Assembly: GCA_977017575.1 (NCBI GenBank)
Contig: CDRNVI010000034.1
Coordinates: 62,001-126,000 of the forward strand
Length of the DNA stretch: 64,000 nucleotides
Reading direction: 5' to 3'
Origin: Paramoeba atlantica
Lineage: Eukaryota > Protista > Discosea
A model generated the notes under the pieces. It was given only the letters and a program-made list of their open reading frames with translations. It was not told the origin of the DNA and searched no databases. The position numbers were made by a program, and so were the translations under genes. Shown here in pieces: positions 41,103-52,059 of this stretch; the first letter of the stretch is position 1, and the number at the start of each line of letters is the position of its first letter.

Positions 41103-41574
41103 GCGAGAGGCAAGGGGGGAGGTAAAAAAAAGAAAAGATAAGAAAGAAGGAAAAGGAAATGAAATGAAATGAAAGGTGCCGAATTGGTAGGGATATTTTG
41201 GAGGAGAAATGTTTACCGACCTTTTCAAAGGTAAGAACGAACTCTGTGACTTGTTACTTCCGACCATAGGCCTACAAGGAGTTTGAGTAAAAAAAATGGA
41301 AATAGACTGTACACTGATACAATCCAGTAGAAATTTACTTGACGTGTGTTGTGGATCAAGTATTTAGTACATTCGTCATCCTATTACGAAAATGTAGGAG
41401 TTCTTTCTTCGACTTTAGGAAACAGGTTTTCAGATTTGAATCTTCTTGCTTAATGCTTGTTTAAAGAAATTTTATATTAACTTTAAAAACAGTTCAAAAA
41501 TTTGTTTTTTGCAAATATTTCTTCCTCTTTCTATCAATGGATTGCGGTACAAACGAAAGTCGCAAATTAATATT

Positions 41575-42310
41575 ACTGTGACCCCCCCACTTATAGTGAC
41601 GCGGTTTTCGACCAAACGGCACTATAAGTGGGGGGGGGTAGTATGTTTCAGGTCGAGGATGAAAAGTTTTCCACCCTGAAAAAAAACAGCGCGCCGCTTC
41701 GCGGCGCAATTCTTTCTATCATGTAGTTTTGAGTGCCTAAGCGCTGTAAAAGGAGTTACTATACTTCACTGCTGTGTATGGGGTACAGTGGCCGTAAACA
41801 TTTGTGAAATAAAGATACCCTAAAAGAAAATTGTGAAATATTAATTCGTGAACAAAATTCGAAATGACGAGCTGTATTCCGTATGTTTCTATAACGAAAA
41901 AGACAAATACCTTCGTCACTGCATGCTTACCATTTATTTCTTGGAGCAATTTAAGGTGCACTTTCCTCAAAAATGCCTTTCGCTCTTTGTTTTCGCTTCT
42001 CGGGCGCTTTCTTCCTTCGAGACTGCGATTGATGCGTGATTGATAAAAAGAGGCACCGTTGCTTTTAATGCTTCGGACAGTTCCTAAACTGATCCGATAC
42101 ATTTCGCTTAGCTTTTTTGTTTCCAATTCGCTACGACAACTTCGTTGAAACCTACGAAAGGCAAAAACTGGCAAAACCTGGAAAAACCCGCGAAGTCCAC
42201 TCTGACGTAGTGAAGAAAAGTACTTAGTCAAAAATAGTGAAGAATAGTTGACCTCCGTCGTGCCCTTACTGAAATTATTCTGATATTCTTTTTTCTCAGT
42301 AAAAATCACC
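41575..42310 (-). mobile_element. Degenerate transposon relic with a ~65-bp hairpin end and an HTH-like remnant
   Basis: Inverted repeat CCCCCCCACTTATAGTG..CACTATAAGTGGGGGGG at 41581-41638. ORF remnant LSEMYRISLGTVRSIK..RKRPR resembles a pogo/CENP-B N-terminal HTH. Confidence 0.4.
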
Positions 42311-42959
42311 CTATCTAATAATTAGCGGGCACCCACCTTCCTCCACTCTTTTACCGCTGAGGATAGTATCACGGATTCTGATAACATTATAATAATGAAT
42401 GAATAAATTATTCGTTCTGATTAAACATTTTCTTGTCCATCCGATTGGAATATTTGAACGTAATTTTTTTTAAATGTAAAGTTCTCGCTTTATACTGTCG
42501 CGGTAATCTTTTATTGCTTCTTTGTCTCTAGCATCACCCTTAAAAAATGTACACAAACAATCTGGCCTAGATTTCCACTCGTTTACAAACTTCGACTCAG
42601 CATCTAACATAACCACCGTGTCGCGGTACAATTCTCGCTTGCAAAATAAAATGCACTAAAAACTTGAACATTAGTGCAATTAAGCCGAGACGCAAGTTGC
42701 GAAATAACTTCCGTGAAATATCCATTAAATCCATGTGCAACGTTAGACCAAGGAAGAAGGCAAATCTGTGACATCGTGAAGATATAAAGCTAATAAATGC
42801 CATAAATTATAGGAAGAAATAGAAAAATAGAGTATACAAACATAGGATGATAGAAATATAGTAGGAAAGATAGAAATACATTGAGACAGAAGTATGAGCT
42901 TACATTACGTTCTTCATTTCCCGCTTTCTTTACTGTACTATGCGTTCAAATTTATTGCA

Positions 42960-43843
42960 ATCCCGTAGGATCGTAAGACTTTCGCTTCTTCACCTTCATT
43001 CCTTCCCCATGAACTTCACCCATGCTTTCAGTCGTCTGCTTGATACTCAGAATTTCAAGATGGATCACTTTTTTCCGTAGAGCAAGTACGGAATCTCATC
43101 CGTGCGGCTACAAGTTTCTTGCACCTTCTCCTTAAGATTTTTACTGCGATCGCGGTGCACTCTGCCGTATTCAATAGTCCCACCTCGTAGAACACGCCAC
43201 ATCGTCTTGAACCATTGAATCACAACCTCCCGATCCCGCTTGCTATCTTCATATACCCCACCATAACACTTCTTCAAAAATTCCATCATATGATTTGTGA
43301 TGGCATCAAAAGGAACCTCACTGACACCTAAGTTCCAGGTCTGTTTCGTCTGATTCCAGCGCCAGTGTCCGGGCATTTCCGCTTCCTTCACGCCATGTAT
43401 TTCCGACTTTTCGGCGTCTTTAAAAAAAAGAAGTCTTGCTTCTCGCGCCTTCGTCAAAAGGAGGAGTCCCTGTAACGAAATTTCAATGTCGATTGGGACA
43501 TTGCATAATGACTTGAGAACATGCTCTCCGGATCAGAGAATTGGCGAATGCGCGTAGTTATCCACTGTGCGCACATCTCAATGATGTTATCCTCCATTCG
43601 CTGGGTAAGGTCAGGGGGAGGAAGACGGTCCGGGGCGCATTTGATGGCATTCTTCTCGACACTACCCATGCGTAGCCATTCGAGAGAAGTTTCTGACCTC
43701 TTCAAGGGTATTCGAAAGGTATGCCGTATCGCATACGACACCCATTTCCGCAGGGGTGCATACTTTTCAGAGTCAGGGGAGTCGATTCCTTCCTCAATGT
43801 ACTCATCGTCCCCCGGAGGAAAGTCATACTCCAACATGTTCAC
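42960..43843 (-). pseudogene. Frameshifted ORF of the unknown dispersed family (ORFs 43454-43843 and 43065-43457)
   Basis: DFPPGDDEYIEEGIDSPDSEKYAPLRKWV..VEKNAIKCAPDRLPPPDLTQRMEDNIIEMCAQWI aligns by eye with 11296-11580. Confidence 0.6.
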
Positions 43844-44266
43844 TTAGTTTGAAAGAAATGAATACGAACTATCAGTCATATAACGCCATTTCATATATTC
43901 CGCTAAGTTCGGATACTTTCTGAAAAGAAAAACAAATCAACTTCGCAAAAACCATGACATAAAAAAGAGTTTTTCAAAATCGTTTCACATATTGTGTTTT
44001 GAGAGTTTGGGACCTTTACTAGCTTTCTACGCCGTTGTTTTCACAAAATACTCCTTCTTGAAGCCGTGGCACGCCTCCCAAAGTGACCCCCCCAAAATGG
44101 GTGTCCAGGCAAAACCTGGCAAAACCAGACAGGTTTCAACCTTCTAAGTGGGGGGGGGGTACCCCGCGGCACTATATGTGGGGGGAGCACAGTATACACG
44201 AAAAACAAAAGAGATCGACAGTCAATCGCTATGCTTGTATAGCCACCGCTCTGTACATGAGTCACT

Positions 44267-45070
44267 TTATTCAGTAACGACAATTTGGGTGTAATCAACA
44301 TAAGTAAACATAGGAAGTTCTGATCTTTTCCCCATGCCGCGCAGTTCACTATTGCTTGTTAAACTGAGATCTTTCAATGATGCTGGAAGGTGAGTCAAAT
44401 CAACGACACCAGAAAACATATTGAACTTTAGACGCAATGTTTTCAAAGAATTTGGCAGCGAAGTCAAGTCAAGTGTTCCAGTAAATAAATTACTGTCAAG
44501 ATAAAGATCTACTAGTCCTGCGGGAAGTGTACTGAGAGATACGTCACCATTAAACTTGTTGCGGGATATACCCAATCTTCGCATTTTTGGAGGGAGTGAA
44601 GTCAAGTCCACGGACCCAGAAAATTTATTACTATTCAAAGAGAATATTTCCAGATTTGATGGTAAATAGTTCCATGGAACTTCACCTGTTAGGCCTTTTA
44701 CTTGGTAAGATACATCTAGAAGTTGAAGAGTACGAGGCAAATAAGCGAGATGTAGCGCACCTTCGATCTTTCCAAGGCCCAAGAAAGCGTTTTCAGCTTT
44801 GGGTTCCATCCCATCAATAAATATTCTCTTATACGTGTAAATGGAGGGATTCGAATCCAATTTGAATGATTTCTTCCAGATTAGTTCCGATACTTCGCCT
44901 CTTTCATTGCACTTTAAGTAAGCCCACTCACAGGCTGGGGTACTACTCTTCCATGACGGATGCGGATTCGTTATATCTTGCACAAGATGTGCAAGTTCTA
45001 ATTCTTGTGGGAGATTGCAGGAACTTACCTTAGCGACACGAGACTTTCGTGTGACTTCAGGAACATCCAT
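44267..45070 (-). CDS. Short LRR-family protein (close paralog of 48308-49255)
   Basis: MDVPEVTRKSRVAKVSSCNLPQELELAHL..NPHPSWKSSTPACEWAYLKC, followed by LRRs. Confidence 0.9.
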   Translation of the reverse strand: MDVPEVTRKSRVAKVSSCNLPQELELAHLVQDITNPHPSWKSSTPACEWAYLKCNERGEVSELIWKKSFKLDSNPSIYTYKRIFIDGMEPKAENAFLGLGKIEGALHLAYLPRTLQLLDVSYQVKGLTGEVPWNYLPSNLEIFSLNSNKFSGSVDLTSLPPKMRRLGISRNKFNGDVSLSTLPAGLVDLYLDSNLFTGTLDLTSLPNSLKTLRLKFNMFSGVVDLTHLPASLKDLSLTSNSELRGMGKRSELPMFTYVDYTQIVVTE

Positions 45071-45551
45071 GAGATAGAATAAATACAAAAGGCACTATGT
45101 AGAAAAATATTTTACGTAAGCAAACCATTTATCATTATAAACCGGGGTGTATATTACCCTATCACTATGATACTATCGCACCGCTAAAAACTACAGTGGT
45201 TTCAGCATGTAATAGCCCTCAAAAAGATGCTGATTATCAAAGAAGATATAGTATCTTCTCCCCATCTTGGAAATTAAACTTTTTTCGAGGATTCGGATTT
45301 TCCAAAAATCTTGTCTTAGCTGCTTTTCGAGGATCGAGATCTCTTGTTCGTAACAAGAATGAGCAAAATCAGATAAGAATCTTAAATTCGCCAGGGGACG
45401 ATTTACTGGAACCACTCTATGTTCTTTTGATAACGATTCGAAAACTGATGTCCTGTCACAGGTTAATAAACGAACATTACATTTTTTTAAAAGCTCGCAA
45501 CAACATAGATTTCCACACCCATCCGTTCCTTCACCTCACCTTTTCCTCTTT

Positions 45552-47540
45552 TCAACTCTCCCGAAACAACGGATTCTCCGGAACCCCCTCCGCGACCTTC
45601 GCCCAGGTACTCAAAATCTCCCGCTCCACCTCCTCCGTCGCCGGCCACCGCACCGCCCCCGCCTCATTCTGCATCACCACCACCAACGTATTATGCACGG
45701 GCTTAAAGTAACTCCGTTCCAAACAATGCTGGGCCCCGTCCACAAACACGTGCCTGGCCTGGGGCACCACCACCACTCTCCGCACGAACCCCTCTCTGTC
45801 TTCCTCCATCCCCACGATACACGCCGTCGGGGGATTCCTCCACTCCGGGATCACCACCGTAAACGACAGCGGCCGGCTCGACCCGCTCAGCAGGCCCACG
45901 ACGTGCTCCCGGGCGCGCTCCATCACCTCCTCGACGTACGGGGGCCCGACCTCGAAGGACCCCTCGAGGGGGCGGAACCGGAAGAAGGACCCGAGGCTGC
46001 CGAAGCAGGCGTCGGTGTCGGGGAAGGCGGAGCAGCAGCGGCGGAAGTGGGCGTTGATCGGGGAGGCGAACCCCTCGAGGGAGACGCCGAGGGTGCGGTG
46101 GAGGGCGTGGAGGACGGGCGGGGGGGTGGCGGCGTGGTGGCCGTGGCCCTCGGAGGGGTGGGAGGAGAAGGCGAGGGAGCGGTAGCGGTGGAGCAGGGTG
46201 AGGAGGCGGAGGGGGAAGGGGGAGGGAGGGGGAGGGGTAGTGGTGGGGGTAGTGGGAGGAGTAGTGGCAGGGGTAGTGGCGGTGGAAGTGGTAGGGGTAG
46301 GGGTAGGGGTAGTGGTAGGGGTAGTGGCAGGGGAAGTGGTGGTAGGAGATGGCTTGTTGAGGTTAGGAGGGGTAGTGGTAGGGGTAGTGATGGGGGTAGT
46401 GGTGGTAGGAGATGGCTTGTTGAGGTTGGTGGTGGTGGTTGTGGTGGTAGGGGATGGACGGTCATGATGGGTCGTAGGGGTAGTGGTGGTGGTAGGAGAG
46501 GATGACTTGTTGAGGTTAATCGTAGAAGATGGATCGTGCTGGTGAGGTGTCCTGGTAAGTGAAGTAGGGGAGGATGGATTCTGGAGGTTTGTAGGGGTAG
46601 GGGTAATAGAAGGTAGGTTGTCTTTTGAGGAGAAACACTCTGAGGGGTTTGCGTCTTCGTAGAGTTGACGAAATTTGGAGAAATGAGCGGGGAGGATTTC
46701 ATGAGAGATACCAAGGGAGGGGAGGGTAAGGGTGACGCGGTCAGGGGCATGGGTGATGTGGATGTTGGAGTAGTCACGGGAAAGGGTTTTATCGGAGACG
46801 GTGAGGGATTGATGATGGAGAGTGGCGACCTCCTCACAGGCCAAAGCGAGGAGGCTTTGTTGGATTTTTTTGGCAACTTGGATAGCGTGGGCTTCATCTT
46901 TGTAGGCGTCCACAGCGGAGCGCTGCATGCACTGTTTCACTAATTCTCGTTCGAGTAGGATACTGTAGTGGTTCGGGTTGCATGGAATAAGGGGATCGTA
47001 CAGCTTCGTGGCCTTACCTTCAGCTTCAGCAAGATCTTGGGCGGAGCGACATTCGAACAACCACCGGTTGAATGCCTCTCGAGGACGGGTAATGCTCGCC
47101 GCCCGTAGTAGACTATCAAAATGTTTTCGCAACTTTACAAGTGCGAAATAACGGCCCGTTTCGTACCAAGCGTCGCGAAGTGCACATGATTGAGAAAGAA
47201 AACGTTTCTGTATGGAGGTAAGATACTGGTTCACGGACAGGGTGTCTTCGTTGTCCACACCGTTTACGTCAGAAGATTTATCGAGTGAGGCTGAACTTTT
47301 ATGTTCCTGTGAACACGGCTTGGAGCTGGCTTTGTCACCACAAGTCACAAAAATTTTGTCATATGATGCAACGTCCGGAAGTTTCTCAGGCATAGATGAT
47401 AAGTAAGGCACGAGTGTGCAGGCATCCGCTCGTTCGTTGGACTCACTAAATTCTAGATGCCGTTTTCTGCGAATATCTGTCTTTCTATCACGGTGAGTTT
47501 TATAGATTTTCCAACCTTCCATGATGCTATTACGTACCAC
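45552..47540 (-). CDS. PCIF1/CAPAM-like cap-specific adenosine N6-methyltransferase domain protein
   Basis: REAFNRWLFE, LLHRY, GHHAATPP.VL..L...GVSLEGFASPIN, CSAFPDTDACFGSLGSFF, GSFEVGPPYVEEVM, LSFTVVIPEW, H.FVDGAQH. First ATG is probably at ~47523. Confidence 0.82.
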   Translation of the reverse strand: MVRNSIMEGWKIYKTHRDRKTDIRRKRHLEFSESNERADACTLVPYLSSMPEKLPDVASYDKIFVTCGDKASSKPCSQEHKSSASLDKSSDVNGVDNEDTLSVNQYLTSIQKRFLSQSCALRDAWYETGRYFALVKLRKHFDSLLRAASITRPREAFNRWLFECRSAQDLAEAEGKATKLYDPLIPCNPNHYSILLERELVKQCMQRSAVDAYKDEAHAIQVAKKIQQSLLALACEEVATLHHQSLTVSDKTLSRDYSNIHITHAPDRVTLTLPSLGISHEILPAHFSKFRQLYEDANPSECFSSKDNLPSITPTPTNLQNPSSPTSLTRTPHQHDPSSTINLNKSSSPTTTTTPTTHHDRPSPTTTTTTTNLNKPSPTTTTPITTPTTTPPNLNKPSPTTTSPATTPTTTPTPTPTTSTATTPATTPPTTPTTTPPPPSPFPLRLLTLLHRYRSLAFSSHPSEGHGHHAATPPPVLHALHRTLGVSLEGFASPINAHFRRCCSAFPDTDACFGSLGSFFRFRPLEGSFEVGPPYVEEVMERAREHVVGLLSGSSRPLSFTVVIPEWRNPPTACIVGMEEDREGFVRRVVVVPQARHVFVDGAQHCLERSYFKPVHNTLVVVMQNEAGAVRWPATEEVEREILSTWAKVAEGVPENPLFRES

Positions 47541-47657
47541 GAAGGGTGTAAACGATTAAAAGAGAGAATATACGATGGCGTCTAAATTAAAATGGAGATA
47601 AAATAGAAATAATAAAACATCTAATAAAATAGATAAAATAGAAATATTAAGAGCCTA

Positions 47658-47777
47658 CACCCCCACCAAAAAGTATTGTAATTTATTAGTATCGACGACG
47701 AATTTTTGGTCGATACTAATAAATACAATACTTTTTGTGCCGGCCATTTTTGTGAACAGTACTTTTTAGCGGGGGTG
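47658..47777. mobile_element. 120-bp TA-target MITE with internal 28-bp hairpin
   Basis: TA|CACCCCC ... GGGGGTG|TA. Internal AAAAAGTATTGTA-TTTATTAGTATCGAC / GTCGATACTAATAAATACAATACTTTTT. Confidence 0.6.
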
Positions 47778-48307
47778 TAAATAACTTTAAAAACTTAATT
47801 TTTCACCGTTTCAAAAAAGAACCAATCAATGACAAATATTCTACCAGATGACAAATACAATGTTTGTTATCTGTTTTTGTTGCAAACGAGAGATCTTGTT
47901 CCCCTAGCGAAGAGCTGCGGCGCCATTTTCATATTTCCCCCCTTCTCCCCTCTGGCCGCGGAACGTATGTTTTTTCGAGTAATATTGGCATGATTGTGTA
48001 AGAAAAGATTAAGAAAATATGTTTCTATTTTTTATTTTTGAAGAGGCGTAAAAACAGCGGGAGCGTGCAGATCTCAAAATTTCGAAAAAAAGTGATGCTG
48101 TCACCCCTCTACGCCCTGTGAAAAAAAGGGTGGGTCACTTATTCGTTGGGGGGTTTATTGAGTAAATGCAATGTAAGTAGGTAGTAATTCTACGCTAAAA
48201 AGGAGGAAGAACGGGTAGTACACGTGTACTTCGCTTGCTTCAAGTTAACAGCAATTTGATTCGAATTATAACAATTTTGTCTTTCTCTCAACCACACAGG
48301 AACAAAA

Positions 48308-49255
48308 CTACATAGTAACGACGATTTGCGTGTTATCAACGTAAGTAAACATGGGAAGTTCAGATCTTTTCCCCGTGCCGCGCAGCTCACTGTTGTTCCC
48401 TAACTGGAGGTTCTTCAATGATGCTGGGAAGTGAGACAAGTCAACGACACCAGAAAACATATTGAACCGTAGGTGCAGGTGAGTCAAAGAATTAGGAAGT
48501 GAAGTCAAGTCGGGTGTTCCAGTAAGAGAGTTACGGTCAAGATGAAGTTCTTCCAGTCCCTCAGGAAGTGTACTGAGAGACACAACACCAGTAAACTTAT
48601 TGTGAGCAAGACCCAATCTTCGCATTTTTGGAGGAAGTAAAGTCAAGTCCAGCGACCCAGTAAGGGAATTCCAGTCAAGATAAAGGTCCTCCAATCCTGC
48701 AGGGAGTGTACTGAGAGATACATGACCGGTAAATTTATTCTGGTTTAGTCCTACTCTTCGCAGGGAAGGAGGGAGTGAAGTTAAGTCCACGGAACCAGAA
48801 AAATGATTACCACTTAAAAGAAAAACGTTCAGATTTGATGGTAAATAGTTCCATGGAACTACGCCCGAATATCCGAGTGATTGTGGAAAGGATACATCTA
48901 GTATTTGAAGAGTACGAGGCAAATGAACGAGATGCAATGTACCTTCAAGCTTTTCAATGCCCAAGAAAGTGCTTTCGGACTTGGAAAAAAATTCCATTCC
49001 TTCAACGTACTTTTCTAACTGCGTAAGAAGTGTGGGCTGCTCAAAATTGAGAGATTTTTTCCAGTCTAGCTCAGATACTTCGCCTCTTTCATTGCACTTT
49101 ACGTAAGCCCACTCACAGGCTGGGGTAGTACTCTTCCAGGACGGATGGGGATTTTTCACGTCCTGTACAAATTTTGCAAGTGCTAGCTCTTGCGGGAGAT
49201 TCGCAGAACTTACTTTAGCGACGCGAGACTTTCGTGTAACTTCTGGAACATCCAT
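48308..49255 (-). CDS. Short LRR-family protein (close paralog of 44267-45070, with two extra LRRs)
   Basis: Identical start MDVPEVTRKSRVAKVSS and near-identical end GKRSELPMFTYVD.TQIVVT. Confidence 0.92.
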   Translation of the reverse strand: MDVPEVTRKSRVAKVSSANLPQELALAKFVQDVKNPHPSWKSTTPACEWAYVKCNERGEVSELDWKKSLNFEQPTLLTQLEKYVEGMEFFSKSESTFLGIEKLEGTLHLVHLPRTLQILDVSFPQSLGYSGVVPWNYLPSNLNVFLLSGNHFSGSVDLTSLPPSLRRVGLNQNKFTGHVSLSTLPAGLEDLYLDWNSLTGSLDLTLLPPKMRRLGLAHNKFTGVVSLSTLPEGLEELHLDRNSLTGTPDLTSLPNSLTHLHLRFNMFSGVVDLSHFPASLKNLQLGNNSELRGTGKRSELPMFTYVDNTQIVVTM

Positions 49256-49517
49256 GAAATAAGGTAGAGAGTAAACGGATTTTTTTGTGAGAACAAACTG
49301 CTTATCATTTTATGAGTATTACCCACTACGTAATAATTTTATTGGTCCATTCGCGGCGCCCTCTTTTACGCCGGGGGATACAATAAAACCAAGCGCTCCC
49401 ACTTATTGTACCCCCTTGTAAATAGCGAGCTACAGGTACATTAAAACGGAACGGGGTTCGTTATAAATTTACTCTTCAATTCCATGATAAGACAAAGCAA
49501 CTCGCATTCCGTTCCTT

Positions 49518-50396
49518 TTATTTTAACTGTACCTGTGTCCCCCAAAACAGAAATCCGGTTTTCCGAGGAAAGACAGACACCTCAACTTCACCGTGGATCT
49601 CAGCATTGTTTTGTAAATGTAACACATACAGCCTTTCAGGAAGATATCGGATGTGTATCAAACCACTGAATTGGTTATTTTCCATATAGAGACTTTCCAT
49701 TAATGGAGGTAAATGCTGTAGATCAGGTGTTCCAGAAAATCTGTTTGAAGCAATGTTCAAGTGTTTCAGGCTTAGAGGTAATTTGTTGAGATGTATTCCA
49801 CCAGAAAACTTATTATCGCTTAAATCAAGCTCTAGAAGCGTAGGGGGCAGAGCGCAGAGTTCTACATTCCCTTCAAACCGGTTTGATCTTAAGTAGAGAT
49901 ATTCAATATTTACTGGAAGATGCTCTAAATGTGCAATGTCTGTAAAGAAGTTTTGTATAAGATTTAGGTATGAGAGTTGCGGCGGCAAAGCATTAAAGTT
50001 GACTGCCCCCGTAAGCATGTTCTCCCAAACTCTGAACTGCTGAAGCGATTGGGGAATCCAGTTCCAATGTACCGATCCCGAAAGCTTATATCTGTTCCAA
50101 ATAATCTTCCAGACGTGTATTCCTTCGCATGTCACACCTTTCCAAGCACAAGCTGGAGTAGATGTGTTCCACGAAGGGTCTGGGTTTTCAATATCCTCAA
50201 TGAATCTTGCAAGATCATATTCTTGAGGTAAGTTGACACGTTGCACCTTGCTGGGACGAACATGCGTGTATAAAGACCTATCTTCCGGAGTGCTATCTTT
50301 TAATACGGATACGGTTTTAGCATGTTTGCGTCGTTTGGTAGGTATTTGCTGGTTGTCCGACAACCGAGCATGACGTACTAAGATACTTGTATGCAT
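49518..50396 (-). CDS. Short LRR-family protein
   Basis: RPSKVQRVNLPQEYDLARF..NPDPSWNTSTPACAWKGVTC, followed by about 8 LRRs. Confidence 0.9.
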   Translation of the reverse strand: MHTSILVRHARLSDNQQIPTKRRKHAKTVSVLKDSTPEDRSLYTHVRPSKVQRVNLPQEYDLARFIEDIENPDPSWNTSTPACAWKGVTCEGIHVWKIIWNRYKLSGSVHWNWIPQSLQQFRVWENMLTGAVNFNALPPQLSYLNLIQNFFTDIAHLEHLPVNIEYLYLRSNRFEGNVELCALPPTLLELDLSDNKFSGGIHLNKLPLSLKHLNIASNRFSGTPDLQHLPPLMESLYMENNQFSGLIHIRYLPERLYVLHLQNNAEIHGEVEVSVFPRKTGFLFWGTQVQLK

Positions 50397-52059
50397 GAAT
50401 AGGATTTCTGCTAACGCTGTTTAATGCATAATTGGGCTTGAAAAATTAACAAACATATTTAGTGTAAACTCTTCTGTAAATCTTACTAGGCTCTAAGATT
50501 ATTGAGAGAGATGCGTGTCAAATTGGCTTACTAGGATGAATTCGACACAAGTAAAATAATCATAAAAAGAGCGTAAAAACATTCGGGTAACCGACGCTAT
50601 AAATGTAGGTTAAAAGTATGTTTTTTTTCTGATTTTGTTTTTCCGTTCAAAAAAACTTTTTTATAGCTTTTTATAGCGTTCCCACTTACTGTATACTCAA
50701 GATGTTTCAGCTTACAGGGGGGGGGGATCACGAAAAGGGTGGGGGGTCAAATTTGTGCCTTGCGAGCTTTTGATCTAATTCTTTCGACATTCAACAGATC
50801 TTGAAATTTTGAGACTACATGCGTTACAACTACTTAGGCACATAGTGGTCGCCACCAATCTGAAAGTCACGAAAATGAGAATGACCCTCTGAAAAATGAC
50901 AAATTATCGTGTCAACGTTCAACTCAAAAAAGTTCCGTGTTGGCGTAATAAGCCCTTCGTACGCGCCAAAGAAGCATGCAAGAGACATGAAAAACTGAAG
51001 AAAACACTAAGCCAACTAAACTTTTTTATTTTTGCTAAGACATTGCTAAGACAGAAGCTATTTAAGTCCCACCTTTAACCCCCTATTTTCCCGCATAATT
51101 CGGTCTCGTAATCAATAGGTTCGTACCTCAACAATAATATTTTTGTTCTTGTCGGGCTTCTTAGGGTAAAAAGAAAACACGGAGCTGAGACATCAGGTTC
51201 GGATCCTCCGCGGGGCGGTGATATACCATGTTGCTTCCGTAACGTCTCTTCATCAGCTCGTCAAAGGGTGGACACGAGCGAGATAGATCAAGCTCATCTT
51301 GTCCGGAGAAACCGCGTGGCCGTGCGAAGGGTGTGGGGTCATACCTAACGTCCTCTAAGCCCCATGATGAGTTCGCCTTGATGAAATTCTGGTGCTTATA
51401 CTCTCCGGAAAAGGAGAGACTTCTAAGAGGTTGTTGCAACACACCCGTGAGGATCGTTGATAGAAGAGCAACCTGTGCAATCGACGCTCATCAGGGTGGT
51501 CAGCTTGAGTCTACGGTGACAGCTTGTGCACCACGCTGGAGACCGTCTGGGAGAAAAGTTATACTCAGTACGTGACGGCGGCGAGGGAGATAAAAAAGAA
51601 TCGATGAAATGTCGCAGACTGTCATTTCAAGAAGACTTGCCTTCGCGAACATTGAGAACCCTTACCCGGAGCCATCATTTCTGTTCAAATGGAAATATGC
51701 AAGTCATGCTGCATTTATCTCCTTTGGTCCTTTCAGTCTGGTTTCACAAATTTATGCTGGCAGTACTTTTGTACAGAAAAAGGACAAAGGTTCGGGTACA
51801 GTACTTGTCCTCGTGGATAAGCAAGTTTTGATAATTTGAGACAAGTAGCGTACTTGGATAAGTAAGAGAGGGTAACGGTAATACAACCGCCCAAGTTTGA
51901 GCCGATCACGGTACTTGTAACAAGGTACCGACCCTCTTACCATATATCAAACACCCAAAGCCTTCTTCTACAACGACCACCGTCACCCCTGTCACCTTCC
52001 TTTTCTATTCCCCCGCACTCGCCCCTCTCTCTCTCTCTCTCTCTCTTCACTTTCCTCCC

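Noticed and set aside
51470-51500. Hammerhead ribozyme at minus-strand CCCTGATGAGCG
   Set aside because: There is no closing stem II or GAAA core downstream.
51161-51950. Short ORFs or a snoRNA cluster between the LRR gene and the release factor
   Set aside because: All frames are short with non-ATG or weak starts. Isolated box C-like words lack convincing D boxes and terminal stems.
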